From a virus: a DNA stretch of 64,000 bases. This document shows, piece after piece, positions 26,801 to 33,370 of the stretch (its first letter is position 1; each line of letters opens with the position of its first letter). The notes under the pieces are model-generated. The model saw only the letters and a list, made by a program, of their open reading frames with translations, had not been told where the DNA came from and did not search any database. The position numbers and the translations under genes are program-made. Location of the stretch: positions 14,926 through 78,925 of the IMG/VR virus record IMGVR_UViG_3300044832_000053; one strand, written 5' to 3'.

Positions 26801-29055
26801 TCCGGCCCGCCCCGGGTCCACTCGCCATGCTCGTTGCGCAGCTCGTGCACCCAGTTGCCTGCGCTGGGCCTGGGGCTGGGGCTGCCGGAATCCTTCTTAT
26901 TCCACCAGCTCAGCTCAACACTGAACTCCCCGCCGCCGGGTCCCAGCTCACCGGCCCGCTCCATCATGTCCGAGTACCACATCTGGTGACCCAGCCGCTC
27001 GAACTGGGGCTCCAGCTTGGCCAGCTCCGCCCGGATCTTGTTGGCGTAGTCCTGCGGGATGTTCGAGGGCTCCTCATTCCAGAACGTGGTAGAAGCCGCG
27101 CCATCTCCGGCATATATGAAGCCCGAGCTGTTGTCGATGGCCACCGGGCTGCCGGACGGGGTGACCATCCAGTTATTGGAGTGGCGGTCCGGGTTCTGGA
27201 TCAGGAAGTCCAGCAGCCCGATCTTCTGGCCGTCCTCTGACTGGGTCAACTCGCTCTGGGCTCCGTAAGGTGCATCAGCCAGGTACCGCGAGGCGGTCGT
27301 GCCCGGGACAAAGCCCATGACCTCCTCAGCAGGATCACCCCCGCTGACGCGGGCGATGGGCGGTGAGGGTGCCCCGATGGCCTGGGCGACGTAGTAGGCC
27401 AGCTCGTCGGTGTCCGCCATCTCCTCATAACCGGAGTGGTAGATCTTGTGCACCACCTTCTCGCCATTGGGCAGGGTCACGATGTCCACATTGCCCTGGA
27501 CCCCCTGCTGAGGGTGCATGGACTCGCCCTCTGCGAGCTGATCCGGGGTAGCGATCTGCTCCAGGTGCTGTACGGCCGGGCTGGACGGTCCCAGCCCTCC
27601 CGGCTGCGGCATGCCCGGCAGCAGGTATTGCTTGACGCCCGTCGTGACCATCACCCCGGGGGCGGTCTGCCGGGGAGGCTCAGGCAGTCCCGCCAGGATC
27701 TTGGACGCCGGGACCGGGGTGCCCAGCAGGCCGTTGACCCGCCTGACCAGTTCAGGTCCGGCCTGGTACTCCCCGCCCGCGACAAACTGCCGGGCAAGCT
27801 GCTGGGCCCGGCCCTCGTTGATCGCCTGGTGCCGCTCCGCTCCTGCGGCGCGGGCGGATACCCGGTGCTCCATGACCGCAGCCCAGGTCTGCCCCTGGAT
27901 ACTGGGCGGGATCTGGGATAGCTGCTGGGCCTGGAGGACGTTACCCCCGTTCCGCCAGTCCACCAGGTAGCGGTTCCCGTCATCGGATTCGACCACCACG
28001 TTGCTGCTGGTCATGGCGGTGACCCGGCCTACCCCGCCATGGCCGTCGCGGGCCATGTCCCCGAGCTTCGGCTCCCGGTTGCCGGGCAGGAAGGCGGCCC
28101 CGGCCCCGCTGCCGTGCGGGCCGATGAATTCCCACTGCTTCCCGCCCGGGGATGGGCTGGGCGTCTCCGCCTGCGGGTTGAATGCGGGCCGGGGCGTGCC
28201 CATCTTCATCCCGCCCAGTCGCGGGCCAGCCTGGCTGAGCGGGACGGTGTGCACGGGGGCACCACCGTTGCGCCAGTCCACCAGGTGACGCTTCTGGTCG
28301 TTGGCGTCGATCACCGCATGGCCGCCGCCTTTGTTGACGACCCTCCCCCAAACGCCCTGGCTGTTGCGTGCCTGGTCATTGACCTGCGGCTCCGCCACTA
28401 CCTGGGAGCCACCCCGGATGAACTGCCAGCGGCCGAGGATCGCGGGCCCGGCGACCTCATCCGCCAGCAGCGCCCGGTGCAGCCTGGATTCCTGGTTCAG
28501 GGCACTTACCTGGGCAGCGGTGCCTGAAACCTGCCGGAAATCAGCACCGTGCACGGGCTGGAGCTGGGCCGCGACCGAGTCCGGTGCCTGGCCGTGTATT
28601 CCCGGGTGTGCGCCCCGGATGATCTGGCCCTGCTCATCCACTGTCCAGGTGTCGAGATTCTCCCGGCGGTTGTTGTGCTGGACCCGCCGCAGTCTCTGGG
28701 CGTTGACCAGCCGGTCCTCGCCTATCTGATCCCGGATCGACTCCGGCCCCATCCCACGGGCCCGCAGGACCCGGGCCCGGTTAATCTCCGCCCCGTCGCG
28801 GAGGCCCTTGGGGGTCGGGGCCTGCTTCATCCGGTCTGCCCGCTCCTGGGCCGCCGCCGCGTCATGCTTGGCCTGCCACATGATCCCGTTGATGGCGGTC
28901 GGGCCGTAACCCCGTGCCGCGAGTGCAACGCGCTTGCGCTGGTCCTCCAGGGCCGTGGCGGAGAATCCGGGCCTCTTCGCCCAGCGCCCGTGGGTGTCAC
29001 GGAGCTGATTGGGCTGGAAGTGCCAGGCCAGGTCCACCTGCTCGCTGATGCTCAC
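23800..29055 (-). CDS. Multi-effector (polyvalent) protein: SH3-like repeats, HipA/PI3-4-kinase-like, ADP-ribosyltransferase-like, HhH-glycosylase-like, SAM-lyase-like(?), zeta-toxin P-loop kinase
   Basis: Motifs LLDFLIQNPDRHSNN/VAIDN; FFHGTT..AARSI..QGL..PLPPEFI; GMRWY..SPQVNW..KTRAF..VVIDRHA..LQAITW; YLGGW..GRKRGQAAIWD; GGLPGAGKTT..IAPDDFK..GGRHVP. Confidence 0.85.
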   Translation of the reverse strand: MSISEQVDLAWHFQPNQLRDTHGRWAKRPGFSATALEDQRKRVALAARGYGPTAINGIMWQAKHDAAAAQERADRMKQAPTPKGLRDGAEINRARVLRARGMGPESIRDQIGEDRLVNAQRLRRVQHNNRRENLDTWTVDEQGQIIRGAHPGIHGQAPDSVAAQLQPVHGADFRQVSGTAAQVSALNQESRLHRALLADEVAGPAILGRWQFIRGGSQVVAEPQVNDQARNSQGVWGRVVNKGGGHAVIDANDQKRHLVDWRNGGAPVHTVPLSQAGPRLGGMKMGTPRPAFNPQAETPSPSPGGKQWEFIGPHGSGAGAAFLPGNREPKLGDMARDGHGGVGRVTAMTSSNVVVESDDGNRYLVDWRNGGNVLQAQQLSQIPPSIQGQTWAAVMEHRVSARAAGAERHQAINEGRAQQLARQFVAGGEYQAGPELVRRVNGLLGTPVPASKILAGLPEPPRQTAPGVMVTTGVKQYLLPGMPQPGGLGPSSPAVQHLEQIATPDQLAEGESMHPQQGVQGNVDIVTLPNGEKVVHKIYHSGYEEMADTDELAYYVAQAIGAPSPPIARVSGGDPAEEVMGFVPGTTASRYLADAPYGAQSELTQSEDGQKIGLLDFLIQNPDRHSNNWMVTPSGSPVAIDNSSGFIYAGDGAASTTFWNEEPSNIPQDYANKIRAELAKLEPQFERLGHQMWYSDMMERAGELGPGGGEFSVELSWWNKKDSGSPSPRPSAGNWVHELRNEHGEWTRGGPEADPSSYTQFFHGTTPEAARSIRDQGLHAAGYDGYDPVLSPDSNESQIVAYERHDDLEWPSKPGMLIDIRVPKAREAEFLYPSTSHMGYRAIRKPLPPEFIHSYKPVKGYTHADRVALGQFREFSVDLAGGWHYNPAELRDPHGRWSVSGHEYAAPDPSRLANPRSSIVSPADHPFFKSVPVSPANIVAAYSAAAPAEKAQGMRWYADAQMVARSIAGGDAEKGAAVLAAFSPQVNWPENLFNAARSLELGRALGPGEGFISRPEQRAAQRAMDTGSIDALKSPKTRAFAKLIAHGGDASSDRLGQVVIDRHALSVAAGHRVTTEEIDASPIGDKRYYEHVADTYRLAAAELSRQGHLVTPSQLQAITWLHQQAANQAADAAAVTARERGRTANTARDWGIWKKFAAAHHVPVVPGTTTLSGQAAGIDLAFSAHEPRDFRGRWVNLPSGEPPRMQQAIAGMFRPSPGPPRPGPFTIRSKAASAAQNRGGFSVSMRTGGKPASGFMVAQAGHTHTFPAEILDDREKLARAIDGMIMSEHQAFAGKDTYLGGWVHDGKLWLEPSDNIASREQALAEGRKRGQAAIWDVTGGREIQAGGSGGAASGAHAQGGGGAGPVQLSRAAGGQAAGDRTGPGGLGRGTATVSAQLDLTGDGHGRHIPGTPFVYTHGWKPVKAGPPPAGDKGLISAGPYITPSAYTHRWDEEDDNLDYEESPTVAHGISGQAARPLTDAEFTGRQHVVEQTLTDAFAAGQNTAVTQSVSGDGQIYTPERAAIHKEIIDAVMARSAAVPNGGRAIFGGGLPGAGKTTALGKLPGMNMDDYLPIAPDDFKAELAKRGLVPHVGNLSPMEASPLVSDEAHHLAQMALDRSMAMRKNIIVDLTMLPADDMAGHIARLRSAGYGHVHGVYVDVPLQVSIDRALARYRAGLESWLAGKGLGGRHVPPADIVKIWGTSDPEISVNEMTFAMALPLFDSWDKFDNSVTGREPQLVSSSGQGLEFSWAM

Positions 29056-29273
29056 GGGTGCACCCAGACGTACCCGTTGCTCCAGCCGTCCAGGGACTCG
29101 AACGCGATCTCCGCATCACCGCCAGCCCGGCGCAGCGCTGAGTCCGCGATGGCCTGGCTGGACTCGCTGCTGCCGGTCAGGCGGTCCGTGTCCAGCCTGA
29201 TGGTGCCGAGCTGGCCCTGCTCATCGAAGACCCCCAGCGTCAGCGGCTCACCGGCCTGGCTGGAGATGCTCAC
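29052..29273 (-). CDS. Small acidic protein (ends WSNGYVWVHP)
   Basis: Overlaps both neighbours by 4 nt. Confidence 0.6.
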   Translation of the reverse strand: MSISSQAGEPLTLGVFDEQGQLGTIRLDTDRLTGSSESSQAIADSALRRAGGDAEIAFESLDGWSNGYVWVHP

Positions 29274-30958
29274 AGCTTGCTGGCCGCGAAAGTGAGCTGG
29301 GCGGCCTGGGTACGGAGCTGGGAGATCTGCTTGCGGACCGCCAGGATACGGCTGGTCAGGTTAGCCGTGGCACTGGCCTTCGTGGTCTTGGACGCGGCCC
29401 TGGTCACGGCCTTCTTCGCGCTCGCGGCCGTGGTCTTCTTCGAGGTGGCAGCCTTCCTCGCCGCTGCCGCCGTGGTCTTCTTCGACCCGGTGGTGTGCTG
29501 CTTGGTGTGCGCCGCGTGCTGGGCCCTGAGCTGTGCTTCCAGCCCCTTGAGAACGATGGACAGTGCGTTGGCCTTCTGCCGGTCCGCCTTGGCCCGGGAT
29601 AGCAGCTTGCGCTTCTTCACCTGCTTCGAGCCCCCGGCCGGGGCCGCGCCACCCGCGCCCCAGGTCCCGCCAGCGGTCCGGGGCTCAGCCGGGTTGAATC
29701 CGGCCAGCTCGACGGACTCATACCACTCATTGGAATGGCTGGAATCCTGGGCATGAGCCCGTGCGGACATCGAGGCCAGCCCGGCCAGGGCCTTCACCGC
29801 AGCCGCCCTGACCTCGGGGTGCACGCTGCCGCCTCCGGCCGCCCACTTGCGGATCGAGCCCCAGGTGATCGCCGTGGCCGACCCCTCGCTGTGCCCGGCC
29901 CGGATCAGTGCGTTGCGGACGTTCTGGAAGTAGGGCGGGAACTCCATGCCCTTGACGTGGTAGGCCCCCGGCCCGCCTGGCTTCCCGATCGGGGCGGGCG
30001 TGACCGCCAGCCGGGCGGTGTCGGCGGACATCTCCAGGGCCTGGGAACTGATGGTTGAGTACCCCTGCGGAGGGGGTGCCTGGGTGTGGGCAGCCATGGA
30101 GTACGGGGCGGTCATCCCCGGCCCGGTGACCCGGTAGTCATGAGTTATCGCGCCCACCCCGGCGGGCACGCCTGCCAGGCTGGCGCGGACCGCCCGGACA
30201 TCCTGGACCGCCAGCGGGCTGGTGTGCCGGGCGGCCCACTCGGCCGAGTCCAGCGCCTTGCGTGCGTGCCCCATCTTGCGCATCGCGGTGAACCGGGCGG
30301 CGGCGCGCATCGAGGTGCGCAGCATCTCAGCCGCCGGTCCGGGACTTGCGTTGTTGCGCAGCTCGCCCTGGGGCTGGTACTTGTCACCGACGCCCTCGAT
30401 GGCCCGGATATGCGAGAACCCGCCGGGTGCACCGGAGTAGCTGAATGAGCTGTGCCCGCCCGGCCCGAGGACCCACCGCCCGTCCGGGCCCCGGAGCTGG
30501 TCAGGGTGGAAGGCCAGCTCGATGCTGTAGTCCTGCTGGCCGGTGCCGGTTCCGTTCAGGTTCGCGATGTCAAAACCCCCGGGCTGGTCCCCGGCCGCCC
30601 CGGGCCGTATCCCGCTGCCTTTCACGTCGGCCCTGGCCGCCGCCTGCTGGTCGCGGTACGCCTGGTTGGATGCCTCAGCGTCCTCGATGTCCTTGATCAG
30701 CAGGCAGTGCCGGTTGATCATGTCCATGTGCCGCTTGGCGTGGGCGTGCCCGTCATCGTCGGTGATGCCGTGCCGGTACAGCGACAGCGGGGCCAGGGTG
30801 TGCATCGCGGCGGCCAGGTGCCTCCCGGCCGACTCGGTCTTGCCCCGGTGCATCGAGTTCGCCGCGTCCCGCAGGTGATCCCCGACGCCCAGCTCGGGCA
30901 GCACCTGGTCGGTGCGATGGGCCACGCCCCGGATGGATGTGGCCACGGCCTGCTTCAT
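29270..30958 (-). CDS. Modular head-associated protein with Lys/Ala-rich C-terminus
   Basis: Likely start MKQAVAT (30958) just after MuF stop; contains IELAFHPDQLRGPDGRW, ISSQALEMS, VELAGFNPAEPRTAGGTW. Confidence 0.7.
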   Translation of the reverse strand: MKQAVATSIRGVAHRTDQVLPELGVGDHLRDAANSMHRGKTESAGRHLAAAMHTLAPLSLYRHGITDDDGHAHAKRHMDMINRHCLLIKDIEDAEASNQAYRDQQAAARADVKGSGIRPGAAGDQPGGFDIANLNGTGTGQQDYSIELAFHPDQLRGPDGRWVLGPGGHSSFSYSGAPGGFSHIRAIEGVGDKYQPQGELRNNASPGPAAEMLRTSMRAAARFTAMRKMGHARKALDSAEWAARHTSPLAVQDVRAVRASLAGVPAGVGAITHDYRVTGPGMTAPYSMAAHTQAPPPQGYSTISSQALEMSADTARLAVTPAPIGKPGGPGAYHVKGMEFPPYFQNVRNALIRAGHSEGSATAITWGSIRKWAAGGGSVHPEVRAAAVKALAGLASMSARAHAQDSSHSNEWYESVELAGFNPAEPRTAGGTWGAGGAAPAGGSKQVKKRKLLSRAKADRQKANALSIVLKGLEAQLRAQHAAHTKQHTTGSKKTTAAAARKAATSKKTTAASAKKAVTRAASKTTKASATANLTSRILAVRKQISQLRTQAAQLTFAASKL

Positions 30959-30984
30959 GCCGCCGGTCGCGATCAGCCTGCTGC

Positions 30985-31608
30985 CTACGCGGCCAGGCGC
31001 ACCAGGGTTGGCAGGAGCGGCGCTCCCCTGAACGGGGCCACCGGGTGGCACCGGCAGTGCGGGTGCACCGTTCCCGGGTACCCGATTGCCGGGGGGATTG
31101 CGGCCAGGAAGTTGCGGCCGTCCGCTGCCTTGCACTCGGGCGACGTCCGGGCGTCGTGTACTGACTGCCATCCGAGAACCTTTCCCCATCTGTAAGCCGC
31201 GCCGTCGATGGCCGACCCGGCCATGATGCGCCCCTGGTTGGCCTCGAAGTGCTGGCCGAAGTAGCGGGATTCGGTCTCGGCCAGCCGGTCAAGCGCCTCG
31301 GCACGTGGCTCGCCCCGGCTGGCGGCCCCGGCCAGGCCGTCCTGGATGCGGTGGGCGGCGGCCACGAAGAACGCTGAGCGCCGGGCGATGTTGGCGTGCG
31401 CAGCCCATCGGGTGGCCGGGCCGACGCCCTCGATCCGGTCAGGCGGGTAGCGGGTCTCGATGGCGATCACCGCGCGCAGCGCCGGGCCGCTGATGCCCGC
31501 GCCATGGAACGTCCCGGCGATCTGCGTGAAGATGCCAGCCGCCGACGGGTAGGCCGCGAACGCCCGCGCTGCGGTAAGCGCGAGCATGGCATCGCTGCGG
31601 GCGCTCAT
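30985..31608 (-). CDS. MuF-like minor head protein
   Basis: WQSVHDARTSPEC..DGR..PGTVHPHCRC; ATG at 31608 in ATGA overlap; follows portal. Confidence 0.85.
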   Translation of the reverse strand: MSARSDAMLALTAARAFAAYPSAAGIFTQIAGTFHGAGISGPALRAVIAIETRYPPDRIEGVGPATRWAAHANIARRSAFFVAAAHRIQDGLAGAASRGEPRAEALDRLAETESRYFGQHFEANQGRIMAGSAIDGAAYRWGKVLGWQSVHDARTSPECKAADGRNFLAAIPPAIGYPGTVHPHCRCHPVAPFRGAPLLPTLVRLAA

Positions 31609-31802
31609 ACCGGGTGGACCGTCCCGTCCCGGGCGAAGTGCTCGTCCACGGTGTGCCCGTACTCCATCGCGTGCATCGCGGCGTCGTTGAGCACCCCGGG
31701 GATGGTCATGGGGTAGCTGGTGGTGCTGGCGGTCTCGGTGAAATCGCCGTCCTGGCAGGTCACGGTCATGGTCTCGGTTGAGTCGATCCTGATGGGGGTC
31801 AT
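31605..31802 (-). CDS. Small hypothetical protein (65 aa, MTPIRID...)
   Basis: ATGA overlaps with portal and MuF. Confidence 0.55.
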   Translation of the reverse strand: MTPIRIDSTETMTVTCQDGDFTETASTTSYPMTIPGVLNDAAMHAMEYGHTVDEHFARDGTVHPV

Positions 31803-33370
31803 GCCATCTTCCCGGGTGGCGGCACCATGGGCGGCTTGCCCGGCGGCCGTGGCGGCCCGGCAGCACTCTGGCGCGGTGGCATCTGCCCGGGGGCGGGGAC
31901 CTGGCCACCCGTGGCCTGGTGGGCGATGCCCAGCGCGGTGCTGGCCATGCCGTTGAGCGCGCCCACCCCGGCCAGGGCCGAGGGGGGCATGCCGGGAGGG
32001 GCCCCGGCGGCCCCGGCGAGCTGGGCGGCCCGCTGGGACGCTGAGTTGACCAGCGCGGTGTGCACCTGGTCGATGTCGAGCTGGAGGACCGAGGCCATCC
32101 GCTCGGCCAGCAGGTCCACGAACTCGATGGGGATGTGCAGCGCGGGGGCGGCGACGATCTGCCCGAACAGGGTCAGCAGCGCCTGGATCTGCTCGTCCTG
32201 GAGCGGCCCGAACTTGAACTTGGGGAAGGCGGCGTCGGGCCCGAAGTTCAGGATGATCATGGGAGCGATGACGTCGTGGCTGATCCACCCGGCCATCTCC
32301 TTGGCCACAGCCTGCCGGGACTTGAGGTAGAAGCTGGACTGGTCCTGGGACAGCGCGTAGCTTCCCTTGCCGCCCGTGGATGCCCCGGTCAGGCCCATGA
32401 ACCCGGCCAGTACCGAGCCGATCTGCCACTGCTCCAGGAAGCCCAGGGCCTCCTTGAAGATCGCGCCGCCCTCGCCAGCCGCCGGGATGGTCTCGAACGA
32501 CTTCTGGCCCGCCTCGGGATGGACCAGGCCCACCACGCCGGAGGACCGCAGCGAGGCAATGTCATCCGCGCGGGTGTTGGCCTCGGGCTGGTCATTGCCG
32601 TAGACGATCGTGCGCGGCAGGGCCAGGTTTTCGAGGTAGTTGTACCAGAGGAACAGCAGCTTCATCTTGGTCTGGTAGCACCAGTAGGCGATCTCCATCT
32701 CGCTGACCCCGACCAGGGGCTCGCGGTGGGTGCCGTGGGTGTAGATGGCGCTGCGGATCTTGGGGATGTCCACGTACCCGGGGACCTTGGACTTGGCCTG
32801 GAGGGTGTTGGCCTGGCCGAACATCCACACGAGCTGGCGGAACCCGTTCGGGTTCCCGCTCCGCTCGTTGAACGCGCTCTGGCAGGTGGACGGCGGCCGG
32901 TAAGCGAGCTTGTCAAGCACCACCCGCTCGTCGCTGGCCCGGATCTTCCAGACCTTCTCGAAGAACGCCTTCTTGTAGATCTGCCCGGACGTGACCTGGC
33001 CGATGAACTGCTCGATGGGCGTCTGCATGCCGCCCTCGGTGTCCGGGGTCATCAGCACCGAGTTGGCCAGGTCGGCCTCGCCCTTGTCGCCCTTGGCGGG
33101 CTCGATGGACTGGTCAGCCTCGCGGACGGGCAGGGTCAGCACCATCTCGATGGCCGAGCACTGGCCATCGCGGCGGAACATGGTTTTCATGTCCCGCGCG
33201 CCCCACTCGCCATAGTCGAAGACGTCGCCGGAGCCGAAGTAGGCGAACAGCTTCTGGCCGTAGTCGAACGCGGTCCCGATCTCCGGGCCCATCAGGTCCC
33301 GGCGGTCACCGGGCTTGAGGTCGGGGAACTTGAGGATGCGGGCGGTGGACGGGTCGCGGGCTGCCATCAC
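31799..33370 (-). CDS. Portal protein (Mu gp29/DUF935-like)
   Basis: FFEKVW, KGSYALSQDQSSFY, LNFGPDAAFPKFKF; follows terminase. Confidence 0.9.
   Translation of the reverse strand: MMAARDPSTARILKFPDLKPGDRRDLMGPEIGTAFDYGQKLFAYFGSGDVFDYGEWGARDMKTMFRRDGQCSAIEMVLTLPVREADQSIEPAKGDKGEADLANSVLMTPDTEGGMQTPIEQFIGQVTSGQIYKKAFFEKVWKIRASDERVVLDKLAYRPPSTCQSAFNERSGNPNGFRQLVWMFGQANTLQAKSKVPGYVDIPKIRSAIYTHGTHREPLVGVSEMEIAYWCYQTKMKLLFLWYNYLENLALPRTIVYGNDQPEANTRADDIASLRSSGVVGLVHPEAGQKSFETIPAAGEGGAIFKEALGFLEQWQIGSVLAGFMGLTGASTGGKGSYALSQDQSSFYLKSRQAVAKEMAGWISHDVIAPMIILNFGPDAAFPKFKFGPLQDEQIQALLTLFGQIVAAPALHIPIEFVDLLAERMASVLQLDIDQVHTALVNSASQRAAQLAGAAGAPPGMPPSALAGVGALNGMASTALGIAHQATGGQVPAPGQMPPRQSAAGPPRPPGKPPMVPPPGKMA

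Noticed and set aside
23540-29055. Host defence island or chromosomal toxin-antitoxin locus inserted in the phage
   Set aside because: Genes are translationally coupled into the head operon and share motifs with flanking head proteins; no insertion boundaries seen
30959-31189. Track start (31189) of the 639-aa ORF
   Set aside because: It would overlap about 200 nt of the conserved MuF C-terminus; the Met at 30958 is more plausible
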